DNA of 64,000 bases from positions 620,001 to 684,000 of the forward strand of contig CDRNVI010000030.1 in the NCBI GenBank assembly GCA_977017575.1, in the 5' to 3' direction. Below are positions 1-12,860 of this stretch, piece by piece. This DNA is from Paramoeba atlantica (Eukaryota > Protista > Discosea). Below the pieces are notes generated by a model that was not told where the DNA came from, did no database searches, and was given only the letters and a program-made list of their open reading frames with translations. The first letter of the stretch is position 1. The number at the start of each line of letters is the position of its first letter. Made by a program: the position numbers and the translations under genes.

Positions 1-621
1 TCGAGAGCAGGCATTTATTTGAACAAGAATTTGCACAATGTCTTTGGCGACAAGACGCCTCCCTAGGAAAGTGTGCTTAACGTACAAGAAACATACGTGT
101 TGCGCTGTGGCTTGGTCCATCCCACAGGAAACAAGCTTTTCTTTCTGTCATCGTGACAATTGTTCGAGGTCTTTCGACGAGGAGCAGCGAGGACATATTT
201 TGGCCAGAATCGGCACGTTTGCGTAATCGCAGTTGGCACATTGCTCTACTTCCACACTTGATTCAGTGTTCCTCTGAATCGGTGTTTCGCAATACAAGCA
301 CCGTCGTGGAGAACATAGCGTGAACGGTGTAACCTTTTCACATTGAACGCAGAACAGAGCAGGGATAACGTCACCTCCAGCCCGAACGCTTTCAGCCATG
401 TCAATGTTTTTGAAGAAATGAAACCTACTACCATCATTTTTAAAACTCAGTTTAAAACGCGCTTATAAACGCAGAAGCCATTCATACTCAGTAGAATCAA
501 TTTACAAACACCAATGCAATAGATTCATGTTACATTCCATATTTTGTTTTCTAAAGATCTACTTAGGAGGATGAAGATTCCTAATTATTATATTATATAA
601 TATAATATAATTGCACAGTGT

Positions 622-897
622 CCAATACGTTCGGTAGGCTTCCATTCATGCCTACGAGTGATTTCCTAAGCGCAAATGTCGGATTGAGTGCTCTGACAGC
701 TAAAATACGCAAAAATGGCCCCATTTTTACCCCAAAATGGGCAATTTTTGGCTATAATCTTTTCGTTTACTTCAGCTTTTCAAGCCAAATTTTCTTTTTT
801 AAGCTCTTCGTTAAACGCGGTGGTAGTTTTCAACGCCAAGCGCGCAGCATGAGTGACTTCTAAGTTGAAAACAACCACCGCGTTTAACGAAGACCTT
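622..897 (+). repeat. Repeat A, partial copy ending in the large terminal hairpin
   Basis: Matches the body and the CTCTTCGTTAAACGCGG...CGCGTTTAACGAAG hairpin of the full copies, e.g. 15518-16421. Confidence 0.85.
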
Positions 898-902
898 AAT
901 TA

Positions 903-1542
903 TTAATTGGTCGCCAAAGAGTTTGTTCACTTTTTCCCCAAATTTGGCCCGGACGTGGCCCGTTTTTTTGCCGATTCCTTTTTAGCGAAAACAAATGTAT
1001 TTGATTTTCAAACTTGAGTTAGGGGAAGTGATACCACACGCCTTGAAGAACATTTTTTACCGACACAACAAGTGGTAACTCTGCGTTGTGCTTGCAGGAT
1101 GTGTCCGGCCCAATTTTCAAAAAAATTTGTGGGGCGACCCAAAAATATTTTTTTGATCGAAACAAAAGTTAAAATAGGTATTTTTTGACGATAAGAAAAG
1201 TCATTTTTTTGCATGAGTGTTTTCAAAGTGCGCACGAGCGGCCGAAGGCCACGAATATCTCCCGGTTTGCAGAGCATTCTGATGTGGCAAAAGGGTCTTT
1301 AACGTGAGATACAGTTCCAGTTTTCTACAAACCTTTTTCTCTACAAACCGGGGGATGCGGTTCCAGTTTTGTGATCGTTTTCCAAAGCGCCTTTGGTATC
1401 TCCCTCGTCCACTTTAGCCTGGGTTATACATACCTATATTTGTTTTTGCTAAAAATAATCGGCAAACAAAAGTGAACAGGTCCGGGCCAGGTCCGGGCCA
1501 AATTTCGGGAAAAGGTGAACAAAATCTTTGGCGACGAATTAA
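903..1542. mobile_element. MITE with ~100 bp imperfect TIRs and TA flanks
   Basis: TTAATTGGTCGCCAAAGA...AAATTTGGCCCGGAC at the left is mirrored by GTCCGGGCCAAATTT...TCTTTGGCGACGAATTAA at the right. TA at 901-902 and 1543-1544. No coding capacity. Confidence 0.65.
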
Positions 1543-1684
1543 TATATGGGAGCGAGGGTGGGTTAAAAGTGATTTTATGGCAAGGTGTGAGGAGGGACCC
1601 CACCCTCCCAGGAAATTTCTGACAAAACATTAATATACGGTAGCGAGGGAGTAGTATCTCCCTCTATATGCGTTATAGGGGTAG

Positions 1685-1883
1685 GTGGCGGAGTGGCAAG
1701 AACTCAAAGTTTGAAGCTCATGGTGCTCAGACGGCGAGTTCAAACCCGCTCATCGCATTATTCCCGGCGGCCTCACTCTAAGAGGCTGGGCTGATAACCG
1801 ACTAGGCCCAGTACTCGGAGGACCGTCTCGGACCCTCCCCTCAGGGAACCAGCTCCCTTACCCGGCTCACACCTCTTGGGTAA
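1685..1883 (+). mobile_element. tRNA-headed SINE-like element abutting and truncating the LINE 3' end
   Basis: A-box TGGCGGAGTGG and B-box GAGTTCAAACC. A close second copy lies at 45420-45618 (minus). Confidence 0.55.
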
Positions 1884-3702
1884 ACGGATTTTCGTTATGC
1901 GCTCTAACTTTTACGCAGTAGAAGCGCTTTGTCCCTCTTAGCGAAATATATGTTTCTTGCAATTTCTGAAGTATAGCGCCTCCCTCAAACGATTTAAATC
2001 CTATGAATCTGAACCTATAGATAGCTCCATGAAAGAAATCCCAAACATACTCAGAGTCCGTGTGCAAAATGACATCTCCGTCGTAGGACAATGCGATGAG
2101 AAGAGCCTCGTGCGCGGCAAAGGATTCGACTTCCTGAATAGATTGAGAGAATGCATGAGGAGGTTTTAACCCAAGAGATATAGAGGGCTCGCGGCGGCGT
2201 AGGCAGACTACCCCACAACCTGTGTGAGTTTCATCATTTTTAACGATTCGTGCTCCATCTGTATAAATGTGTGTTTCATTTGGCCCGATTGGAAATGGTT
2301 GCCGCCCTTCTTCAATGTATTGTAGGGTTTCGTAGCACCCCTTGTTTACCCCCTTTAGCAAAAGATTTTCCCATAGTTTTGAAGTTGTTTTAGTGTACGA
2401 GGGCCTGAGTTCAAGATGATTTTGAAGATTTGCAAGTTTCTTGCACCATTGAGACCGATTTTGACCAAGTTTTAGAATCTCAGATACGTCAGAATGTAAC
2501 TCTTTTGCACATCTTTCTGATAGCGAGGGTTTGGAACTCTCATCATTCGTTCTACATAGTACGGCAGTTACGAATAGAGTAGGGTGACGAATAAGGTGGC
2601 CTACTAGCGAAGCACGTTGTAATTGTATCACAGTATTGGGCTTTAGGTCAGTGGGGTAAAGAGAGTCTACTCTGCAATGCGCCTCTTTCGAGCACTTGAC
2701 TCCCAATACGACCCTACTCATTCTGTTCATTTGGACTTCCACTTCATGTAGCTCTTTCTGATTTAAATTCCAAGTCCCTGGATTATAATAGACCACTGAT
2801 TGAACGAGGGGCTTAAAGATGTGTAATTTGCTTTTTGGTGATATAGTAGAACTCCATACGGATTTGAGTTTGTGCACTATTGCCAAACCTAATCGTACAC
2901 GTTCTTGTGAGTTTGAGCTGCGATCCTCCTCGTTCTGAGTGCTACCCAAGTAGCGATAAGATGTAACTTTTGGTATATTTTTTTTTTGTTTGACTTTTGG
3001 TATATCGCCGAGTGTCACTACTTGCAAAGGTCTTCCATCACCCTTAACTTTACCTAGTGTCATCCATGCCGTTTTGTTTGGTCCGACATTTATTTTCAAA
3101 TTAGCTTTTTCTGCGGAAGTTTTAAGTTTGTGCAACATTGTGCTTAGCTCCTCCTTGGATTCAGAGAAGAGAACTATATCATCCGCATAATTTATATCAG
3201 ATACACGCAGTTCCTTTAGGCCTCTGCTCCTAGTTCCTGAGCTATGTGTCACAAGCCCTAAGCGATTTATGTCGATAGATTCAACCAAAATACGATCAAG
3301 AACCATAATAAACAGGTATGGGGCCAGAACGTCACCTTGAAGAGTCCCCTGTAAAAGTGGAAATGAGTCTGTGTTACCGTATGGTGTTTTCACGTGCGAT
3401 TTGAGATTTTGATAAATACACATGATCGTAGAACTGAGATTTTCGGGAATATCGAAGGCACGTAATGTCTCTTTTATCGCAGCGAATGATAATGAAGGAA
3501 AGGCTTGTTGAAAGTCGACGAAACAGACGAACACCCTAGCCCCTCGTCGTGATTTTTCCATTATTTCTAAAAACGTCGCCTGAGCGCCAGCTGTTGAGCG
3601 GTTAGGTCGAAAGCCGAATTGATTCCAGCGAAGCGAACTTTCCACTGCTGGTTGTATTCTGTCTAAAATGATTCGATTCAAAACCTTCACTACATGATTC
3701 AC
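1867..3702 (-). pseudogene. LINE reverse transcriptase plus RNase H
   Basis: QFGFRPNRST, FVDFQQAF, LQGDVLAP, YADD, YRYLG. RNase H motifs YTDG, EVE and HTDSEY. Confidence 0.92.
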
Positions 3703-3717
3703 AATACAGAGTGGTCC

Positions 3718-4707
3718 TCAATTTGTGAGTGAGCGCAAATTACCTTTCTTTGGCAATGGGACCTGCAATATCGATTTCCAAGATTCATCCGATTTTCCGG
3801 TTTTTCGTACTTCGTTCATTATATCCAGGAGAGCATTACGCAAGTCTTGATCAGCTGAAATAGCATGTAGAGCTTCAACCGGGATATTATCATCGCCTGT
3901 AGCTTTTCCTGACTTAACCTTTACCATCGCAGCAGTTAGTTCCTCCACTCGAAATTCACCATCATCAATTTTTGCCAGTCGTTTTGGTGAAGTAGGTAAA
4001 CTTATTGCTTCATGACCTTTGTAAGCACTACCCCCTAACATGCTGAAATGATTCTTCACTATATTAAGGCTGCTGTTTACCGTAGTTGAAAAGAGAGGAA
4101 AATCTTGCTTCTTGTCCACTACAATTTTTCGAATTGTTCTGTACGCGGATTTTGGAGTTGATTTAAGCTCTTTTTCCAGGGCGTCGCACTCATTTATAAT
4201 AGAGGAGTCCAGCTTTTCAGAGAATTCTTTTGATGCAGTAGCAAACATAGTTTTATTGCCCACAATCTTCAGCAGAGACTTCATGTCAAATCCGGATAGA
4301 TCTGTTTCAGCATCAATGCGAATTTCTTTTGCGTTACTAGTTTTCTTAGGCAGACTAGATGCGGACACTCTAACAGCAGAAGAGAGTCTTGTCCAAGATA
4401 TTTCGCTGGCCTTATCTATTTCCATTTTTGGCGCGTTTTCGGACTTCTGATCCTCCGACCGAATTATTTTTGGCACAGATTTTAATGATTCCTTTACTTT
4501 CGAAACAAACTTATTTCGGATTTCATCATTTTTCAATGCCTCCCAAAAAGGCTTTTGTTGAGACAGTTTTTGAATTTTCCATCGAAAATTGAAGTTCGAT
4601 GTCAAAGCACAATGTCTCATAGGTATTGGTGCGATGTGGCATTTCGTGGGTCGTATAGAAGAGAAAAACATTTTGTTAACAACGATGTGGTCAAGTTGCT
4701 TGGTCAT
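3718..4707 (-). pseudogene. LINE ORF, middle part: end of APE, linker and RT N-terminus
   Basis: QLDHIVV, GKATGDDNIPVEAL and VPLPKKGN motifs typical of LINE ORF2. Confidence 0.85.
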
Positions 4708-4833
4708 TCCCTCTGGATACCGACGCGTTTTAGGAAACCTATACGTCCATTTTCTTCTTGCACAACAGACTTCATGTACAGATTGAGCTCCAAGCGAGCA
4801 TGGTAGCTTTCGTAACTGTTTTGCACGCTTTGT

Positions 4834-5799
4834 TTAACATTTTCTCCCCCCTGGGTTGAGTAGCGACGAATTTAGATCTCCACTAATGATTCTTACCATA
4901 CTATCATCGTCATACCGTGCATCGAATAAGTCTTCGTCAAAACTTTGTTGCGTCGATTTGCTAGCTTTCGCTGTAGGTGAATAGACGTTGTAAATGCAGG
5001 CTTTCGTTTCACCTAGAATGAAGTGTCCACTCATAATGCGATCGCTAATCTTCTGAACAGATAGAGGTTTAGTGCTCAAAAATGCCATGCCATTGTACCC
5101 GTTGATTGCACTCATCAGGTAGAGGTGAAGTGAGATTCCTTTTAAAAAGAGCTGCCTATGTAAAATAGAATCCTTATCATCAAATTTTAACCTTGTTTCC
5201 TGAAGCGCCATGAGGTCAACATGTTGACTCCTCATGAAACCTGCCACTTGATATAGTATAATCGACTTCCGGAGCGTGAAAGTATCAGTCGCTTTGACTT
5301 TCAAGGTGTCCACGTTTAGGGTACTTATCGTAAAACCCCCTCTCTTAGCATTCTTCTCGGATCCCTGGCCCCGGTAGCCACTTCGAGGACAGTTGGTGCG
5401 TTTCCTATTCCGTTTGGATTTCCATTTTCCCAAGAAACCTACCCTACCACCCAGAATTTGAACTCGTTCATCTTTCGGAGGAAACAGGAAAAGGCGATCA
5501 TCCACTAAATCATACTTCACTAGGCGTCTACCGTCCGGAAGTATAGATTTAACAGTCCCCTCCGACAACCTCGTACGTAAATCATATGACATACTCCAGG
5601 CAACAGCAAAGCGTTTTCCAGGAGAAGAAAGACATGACATTCGAAACAGGTCCCGCGGCCGGAGTTTGGCTACTCCCCATTTCCGCTTTTTAGGTAGAAA
5701 CAGGTTTCCCCGACAACACGTGGCCAATCCGAGTTTTTCTTTGACCGCCAAGAAACCCCCAAAAGGTCCGGACGCCTCCGCCCATTTATTAATTGCCAT
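4834..5799 (-). pseudogene. LINE ORF, N-terminal part: basic leader plus AP-endonuclease
   Basis: TLNVDTL, DLMALQETR, NVYSPT and SGDLNS motifs. The APE C-terminus (WTYRFP, QLDHIV) continues in the next frame. Confidence 0.85.
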
Positions 5800-5802
5800 T
5801 AA

Positions 5803-6520
5803 TCGTTAAACACGGTGGTTGTTTTCAACTTAGAAGTCACTCATGCTGCGCGCTTCGCGTTGAAAACTACCGACGCGTTTAACGAGGAGCCTAAAAAAGA
5901 AAATTTAGCCTGGAAAACGGGAAGATTATAGCTAAAAATAGCCGAATTTCGGGTAAAAATGGGGTGATTTTCGCGTATGTTTGCTGTCAGAGCACTGAAT
6001 CCGACATTTGCTCGTGGGAAATCACTAGTAGGCATGAATGGAAGCCTACTGAACGTATTGGGTAGAGTGCGACTCCAACCATACCATTCTTTCGACACAA
6101 AAATGCCCCTTTAGGTCCGAAAAATACCTTTTCACCTTTTTTAGTCAAAAATGGGTCATTTTGAGGGGCGCACCACGGTTCGAAGAATGGATACCTTGCG
6201 AAAACAACTGCGGAGAAAGCTAGTGTAGGTCCCAAACTATCAAAATACAATAGGGGAAACGATCTTGGAAAAATATTTTTTTACCATTTTTTCCGCCAAG
6301 TTGAACTTTTTTATTCCGAAAAATTTCGAACTCGGCGGACCCCTCCTGCGGATACGCAGGGGGGTCACCCCCGGGTAGGGGGGTGGAAAATGCGCGCCAA
6401 GACCCCGGCTACCCTTTCTGCGGTTTTGTTTTCGAAAAAAATTGCTCGACCATGACCCCGCCCTGGGCCCCCCATTTTTTTCAATTTTTTTTTTCCAATT
6501 TTGGACCACAGGAGCCCCCT
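5803..6520 (-). repeat. Repeat A copy split by the 6521-15253 insertions (remainder at 15254-15366)
   Basis: GGAGCCCCCT (6511-6520) joined to TTTATATTTTTTTCTTC (15254 onward) restores the consensus with no duplication. Confidence 0.85.
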
Positions 6521-7132
6521 TTCACACACCATGCTTAATGGGCTTCCTTAACTCCGCTTAACCTGTCCAAAGCCAGGTACTGGGCCCCTAAGCCCAGAGG
6601 AGGAGGGGGGAGATATAATTGGAAGAAATCTAATTTGGGTTACAACGCTTTACTGTGTTATTACCTCACTTTATTGGTTATTATCAGCACTAACATTTAA
6701 TGCTAATACATGTATAACTTGCAACTGTATAGCTTGTAAGTGAAAGACAATGCCGATATCCTGTGAAGTAATCGTCGGGGTATGTTTCCCCGAGGAGTAG
6801 ATGCCGGGGCGTGTTTTCCCCGAGGAGTAGATGCCGGGGCGTGTTCCCCGAGGAGTGGATGCCGGGGCGTGTTCCCCGAGGAGTAGATGCCGGGGCGTGT
6901 ATTCCCCGAGGAGTAGATGCCGGGGCGTGTTCCCCGAGGAGTAGATGCCGGGGCGTGTTCCCCGAGGGGTAACTGTGGGGACGTGTTTCTCCGAGGCATA
7001 GCATGCCGAGTCATGATTGATCAGTTTTTCCAACAGGTTTTCATAAGCAGCATGTGAAGCCTTATAGACCTATGCCTGTCTATGTACAGGTAGCGCTGGA
7101 GTTAAGGAAGCCCATTAAACATGGTGTGTGAA
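6521..7132. mobile_element. MITE-like element with 35 bp TIRs containing a 28-bp minisatellite
   Basis: TTCACACACCATG(C/T)TTAATGGGCTTCCTTAACTCC is inverted at both ends. Confidence 0.7.
6786..7010. repeat. Minisatellite, unit TCCCCGAGGAGTAGATGCCGGGGCGTGT (6 near-identical plus 2 degenerate copies)
   Basis: Direct tandem units, each a CCCCG/CGGGG hairpin, with no spacers. Confidence 0.9.
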
Positions 7133-7538
7133 CTAAAGGTTTTCTGTCCTTGGGCGGAAAACTATATTTCACACACAAGCGCAGAGGGCTGATCTCATAA
7201 TACAAGATCGTGAATATGTATATGGTGACAGATTAGTAATGCTATGATATACATGTAAGGTAGCGTGAGTACATACAGAATGAAAGTATGGTTGTTTTGG
7301 GGTTGGTGTGGAGGAGATCAAAAAAAATGTGTCTGTATCAGCCGCCCGGTGGCTGAAAGTATTTACATTTTCGTGACAAGGAAATGAGACGAGGAATGCG
7401 ACTTTCCTACTATGAAGCAGTTGTAATTTAAGTCTTTGGGCTATTTCAGAGCAATCGGTGTTGACAGTAGAAAAATTGTTTTTCAATCGTGCTCAAACGC
7501 TGGGTATTACATTATACATTTTACTTTACTATTAGTTT

Positions 7539-8677
7539 ATGGCAGCCAAAACTCAAAGGCCGAAGGCCTCGAATTCAAAAGGAAAGGGTGTGCGCATTCC
7601 TCCGTCGTCACAAGCTGGAGATATGAGTCGGAACATGGTCCCTCCTTCTCCTCTACTCACGCGCAAAACGCGAAGAGGCTCGCGATATCCCCCCTGGTCT
7701 TCAGTATCATCATCCACTGAATCGGAGGTCCCTGAAGATTGCCGTGAAGAGAAAAATCTAGAAAATGAGAAAAGGGAAAAAATGCGCGATAAACATGAGA
7801 AATCTCTTGGTATTGTATGCCGACGTCTTTTGCAACAGGCACGCAATGACATTGGAACTCTTGAGTTTCCCAAAGTATCACCATCATTCCTTGAAAAACT
7901 TCGGCACCTGCGCAGTTTCCCGACTGAGGTTGGCGAACTTACCGGCGGGTTACGCCAAGTGGTTTTCTTGCGTTCCCGAATCGCTGCCGAAGGAGTCTTT
8001 TCAAAAACGATTGTGGAACTGGAGGCTAACCCATGCGGTGGTAGAAACTGGAAGGTTGCTCCAGCGTCAGACCGTCTCTCGTTTTTCTCAATCTTGGCAG
8101 ACTTGTTTTCTCTTGTGTCTTTGCGTCGTCGTCAGCAGCAGACGAACGACTACGTATGCTATGATAGTTTGTATCAAGCATTGATCGGAGACGAAACAGT
8201 TCAGTGTGAACTGGCTACTGATAAAGGCTTCCGTGGAGGACTTTTGTCTCCTATAGGACTCTCAGTACTTTGTTATCGGGGTCTCCTAGAGTGTGGAGAT
8301 CGTGAGAAATTTGTGCAAGTGGTACATGGTTGGGGTACAGCTTCATTCACCTTGAAGGGCGCGGGCGCGTGTCTCGATGATCGTCCTTTTCAGCCAATGG
8401 GGCAATCTACAATGGGACCGCAACGTGTGTCTTACAGTCCTCGCTTTCCATATGCTCGACGTGGAGGGTCGCATGGATTTCGAGAAGATGGACGGCATCG
8501 TGTGATCCGATGTTTCAGCTGTGGTAAAAAATGGTAATAGGTCATCGAAGTGGAAACTGTCCCACTCAAGAAGGCTCCTCGCACAAGCTGAGGCGGGAGG
8601 ATGCATACGTGAAGGATGCATACGTGAAGGATGCATATGTGAAGGAAGCATATGTAAAGGAGGGAATAGAAAAGAAG
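7539..8677 (+). pseudogene. gag-like ORF with CCHC zinc knuckle, broken by an 8-nt insertion at 8532-8539
   Basis: Removing 8532-8539 yields CFSCGKKGHRSGNC (CX2CX4HX4C) followed by (D/E)AYVK x4. End coordinate approximate. Confidence 0.75.
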
Positions 8678-8861
8678 TGAAGTAGACAACGTTTTTTGCG
8701 CAGCCTGAAGTCCACGAAAACGAATTACCATGATGTCGCCTCTGTTCTTCAACGAAATGAAATTATAATAAACCAATTAATTTCCTTATTCGCACTACGA
8801 AAATAATTAGCTGGCGTAGAAATACTTAAACCCTAGTGGAAACTGCAAAACCTTAACAAAT

Positions 8862-9276
8862 GAGCGGTGTGGGCGTATTTGGTAGACGGTGGGCCTTACA
8901 ACCTGCAGGTTGCTTGTTCGATTCCCGCTATCGACAAAACTCGCAACCTGGCGGCCTCACTACAAAGGGAAAGCGATCAGGAGTGCCTTCAAGGCCCACA
9001 CCCAACCCCGATCCCCTGGAGGACCGACCCGGAACCAGCGAGCTGAACCAGGCTCTAGCGCAGCCGCTAAATTGCGAGCTGCTTACGCAAAGGAGGCTTG
9101 AGACACAGCCTACACGATGCAACGGGGTGGACGCCCGTCCTGGTAGCTACGGTTGGGTAGCCGTGCTCGGGCCGCAAGGCGTCGAGTGCCGTCGGGGAAG
9201 GGGGTAGCAAGACAATGAAGGTCGGTGACCTGAGACTCTACCCTAACGGTTGGCGCTGCAGAGCCTTCCGTGTCTT
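8862..9276 (+). mobile_element. tRNA-derived SINE, 415 bp, with 10-bp TSD
   Basis: CTTAACAAAT at 8852-8861 and 9277-9286. The 5' ~75 nt is tRNA-like (CTTACAA loop, B-box GTTCGATTCC, ends ATCGACA). GC-rich structured body. Confidence 0.75.
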
Positions 9277-9625
9277 CTTAACAAATTAAAAAAGCTATAA
9301 TTATATTGCCACGGGGGGCTTTTCAACAAGAATAACATTAACCAGTGAAGAATGCATTGTTGGTTCTTTTGAAGGATTCTGTTACAAAAAACTAATGACT
9401 AAACGTATCAAGTTTTATGAGCCTGAGGTATGTAGTTTCTTACGATGTTAACAATTCGCAGCATAATAAAGTACTTTAGTATCAAAACTTGCTGGGCAGG
9501 CCTGAATATACGGGAGAGGCTTGGACAAGACTACTGGCTTATATTTGTTTTGATGTGGGCTTGAATAAAGAAAAACGCTTCGTTCTGTATCCTAGAAAAA
9601 ATATTGCATTGCTCTTACAGAACTC

Positions 9626-10578
9626 ATGACACAGCCTAAGAAATTCTCAGCCTCAGGCGCCTCCATCGTCCATACTAAGAAAGAACGTAACATCTTAATG
9701 AAAGCGTCAGTAAAAACGTCCACACTAAAAACTTATGAAAGAAATTTGAAGCCTCTTCGTGCGTTTCTAGCGAACACCAGGAAGACCAGAAGTGTGCCTG
9801 TGGAAACCTGCTCCGAAAAGGAATTCTTGTCTTTTTTAGTAAGTTGGAAAGTACAAGGTCTCTGTTCTCCGGCCGGGGTCTGGAGCGCGCTGGCGTTTGC
9901 CATACGCTGCAATTCAGTACAAAGTCCTTGGCTGTTCACAAGTGAGATGAGAAAAATGGTTAATGGGGCGGGCCGCGAAGGAAAGCATGAGATTCGAGGT
10001 GTTTTAACGCCACAAATGACATTAGACTTTATGAGTCTGATAAAAAATGATATCTGATAAAGTCAGATATCGGTCGAAATTGTTCGTGGCGCACAAATAA
10101 AGGAATTGTTCACGATAAAAAGTTTCGAAACATGCTCCATGATGCCACCCAATTATTTTTGGAAGCACCCATTCGACCAGGTGACCTTCGTTATCTAAAA
10201 TTGATTGACCTAGATAAAACTTCGATTCACATATCTCGTCTAAAAACGGCATCGTCGGGTGGATGGATCGAGTGTTCCGAGGCTGGTATGTGCTTATTGC
10301 GGCAACGGCCAACATCGAACGATTTTCTTTTTTCGCGTTGCATATCCACCCACCTATCAATGCTACTAAAATTAGCGGAAGAAAGATTTAGATGGCCAAG
10401 TGGGCTTGTATTCTCCACGCATTGTCTCCGTCACACGGGACACACAGCCCGGAAACGGAAAGCTACAGACACATTTGCCGCTGCCCTTTGTGATGCCACG
10501 ATACCATCTCTCCAACACTACACCCGAGGGCTAGACAAACGAACTCATAAGCAGAAGAGTAAAGTATTGGAACATTAA
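9626..10578 (+). pseudogene. Tyrosine recombinase (frameshifted near 10055)
   Basis: N-terminal core-binding-like region (TLKTYERNL) and catalytic signature R (IRPGD), K (RLKT), HxxR (HCLRH), Y (QHYT). Confidence 0.85.
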
Positions 10579-10641
10579 TTATTGGAACACGAATTATTTA
10601 AAAACCTACATTTCAATAACTAAAACTATTAATAATACAAA

Positions 10642-12860
10642 CATACCCCTGCCGGGTCGATGGGTAATTACCCATTAGCGGGTCTGTGCGGGTAAATTAC
10701 CCGGGTCTGTGACCCAGTTACCCGCACCGACCCACACAGACACGCATCGGCGCACTAGCCATTAAATACAAAATAATTTCCTCTCAAGTGTGCTGATTTG
10801 TAGGATTGGCACGGAATGCTCTATGTACAGAAACGGTATCTTTAGCGTTGAGGAATTCCTTCCATAAGAAGAATTCCCTCTACTGATTTGCTTGTGTCGC
10901 CCATCTATTTTTTTTATTTTTTTTTTGGTGTGAACCCCCTAGGCCAACAAGAAGCCTACCCCTAACACCGCAATGGTACCAATTTTCTTTATTTTTTTTT
11001 GGCCAGTCGAGTTTACCCTCGAGTCCTAGCAACTAAGGTGAAACTATAAAGAATCACCACATAGAAAACATTTAGAGGGCTGAAACCAGTAAAATGCAAA
11101 CCCAGGCAAACCCAGTCAGGTCCCAAGAGAAACCAATGGCAAAGGTACTTGGCGTTTTTTCGGCTATGGTGTTCGCTGGAGGATCCGGGTGGGGGTTCCC
11201 GGGGGTGGAAGGCGGGTCCAGGTGGGGGGTGCAGGGAGACTAGTTCGAGGTCCATGCAAATCGTACGAAATTATCATTGCTTTCAGTGTCAACTACTAAT
11301 ATCAATCTGTCCATACATACATGTACATGGCTACTAAATGTGACTGCTTCATTCACCTTGCTTAAATTCCGAAAGAGCTTGACGATTAAGCCGTTCGCTT
11401 TTTTTCCTTCGTTCCTGCTGATCAATTCTTTTCTGAATTCTTATTTCAGAATCTCTGTCCTTTATCTCGCTCTTCGTCAATCTCTCATACGTAGTTTTTC
11501 CTTTTAACCCGTGTGCAGGACATTTACCAGGGCGCACTCCGACCATATGAACTAGTAGTTTAGTATGATCGCGATACTTTTTGATATACGCTTGATCTTC
11601 TTTATCATCCTTATGAAACTTACAGGAGCAGAAACTTCGTGTCTTCCACTCAGCGACTCGCGAATCACTTTCCTTTAAGTGTTCCACGGAATCGGGGTAA
11701 AGATTTGGATTTTCGACTTCCCAGTGAATGCACTCAGCGTTCCATAGCAAGCCAAAGAATGAACGTAGAACGTGCTTCTTATGGCGATTGTTATAGAAAA
11801 GTTGATGCTGCTTTAAGCGAGCAATGAAGCGTTCGACTATGTTTCGGATCCTACGAAACTCCATGTCATAGGCTTCCTCTATGTTGGATCCGATTTCCTG
11901 ACAAAGACAGTGTCGAACATTTGGTTCTCGCACGGTATAACGTCTTTCCGTTCTTGCCAAGTTTCCAACCCGATCAGAAGCCTTTAAGACAGGAAGAACA
12001 TTCTTTTTCCACACCCATGTAGGGGGTGTGGAACTTCACAATAGTGGTGCCACTTCTTTAAATTTGATTCCGGAAGGTCTCTTTTTATCTTTGTTCCAGG
12101 TACATCAGGGCGTAAATCCTCGTACTTATGCACGAGCCAGAAAAACCGACTAGAAGAAAGATTCGTTAGGGTCTGTAAGCATGGCAGTACTTTTCCTACG
12201 AAGCGCTGTACAATTACTCCCTGATTGTTCGCACTCGCCACCTGTGCCAATCGGGAATTTTCAAGAGATCTTGAGCACTCGCGGCGATGCTTGTGATACA
12301 CATTTTTATAACGAGAGTGAGATTCAAAAGCGCATCCTTCCTTGGTACATATGAAATGAAGCTTTTGGCCCAAAGGATCGGTGAGAATATCTGTGTGCGT
12401 GGGTGCTTCCGGGAGGACAGCGCACGAGCACGAATTGCCCAGATAAGGATTCTACAGTCATTTTGTGCCGTATAGTATCGCGATGCTTCATTTTTTTTGA
12501 CTCAGGGGTATTACCATCGTCAGTATCAGATGAAGAAAATAATTCAGGCGTGCTAGGTGTCTGCTCTAATCGTCGTTGACGAGCCATGAGTACAGATAAG
12601 TTTAAGTAAGAAGAGATTAGTTAGTGCGATCAAACACAAGAGTAATATGATTATTGATTTCTTACTTAGCCTTAAAACACTTCACCATAAGGTCCGAAAC
12701 AAAGATGCACGTTTATTTCCCGATGACAAGATACAACAAACAGATGTATACATGTATATGTAGCTTTCTAAGACGACCTGTCAATGCGGGTCGGTGCGGG
12801 TCGGTGCGGGTAACTGGGTCGCAGGCCCGGGTAATTACCCATTTACCCGGCAGGGGTATG
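10642..12860 (-). mobile_element. DNA transposon with CATACCCCTGCCGGGT TIRs and 6-bp TSD (TACAAA); degenerate DDE_Tnp_4-like transposase
   Basis: TSD at 10636-10641 and 12861-12866. ORF fragments 11349-12587 contain a C2HC finger (CTKEGC...KHRREC) and RNIVERFIARLK, a PIF/Harbinger/ISL2EU-type third catalytic motif. Confidence 0.85.

Larger units (their letters stand above)
1884..5800 (-). mobile_element. Non-LTR retrotransposon (APE-RT-RNase H; ingi/L1Tc-like architecture), disrupted and 3' truncated
   Basis: Three consecutive minus-strand ORFs encode APE, RT and RNase H in that order. The RNase H stops at VKVRAH before its last motif. Confidence 0.9.

Noticed and set aside
1760-1883. Possible HDV-like or hammerhead ribozyme in the SINE-like body
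   Set aside because: I could not build a full P1/P2/P3/P1.1/P4 pseudoknot on either strand, and the CTGATAA motif is not conserved in the 45.4 kb copy. Left to a computational search.
5600-5800. ingi/L1Tc-type 77-nt signature or 2A (NPGP) peptide at the LINE 5' end
   Set aside because: Neither motif is recognisable, and the 5' end abuts a Repeat A copy and may be truncated.
6786-7010. GTGTTCCCCG...CGGGG repeats resembling type I-E CRISPR repeats
   Set aside because: Units are directly adjacent with no unique spacers, there are no cas genes and the context is eukaryotic. It is a minisatellite.
6671-7033. Three overlapping repetitive ORFs
   Set aside because: They are translations of the 28-bp minisatellite and have no coding signature.
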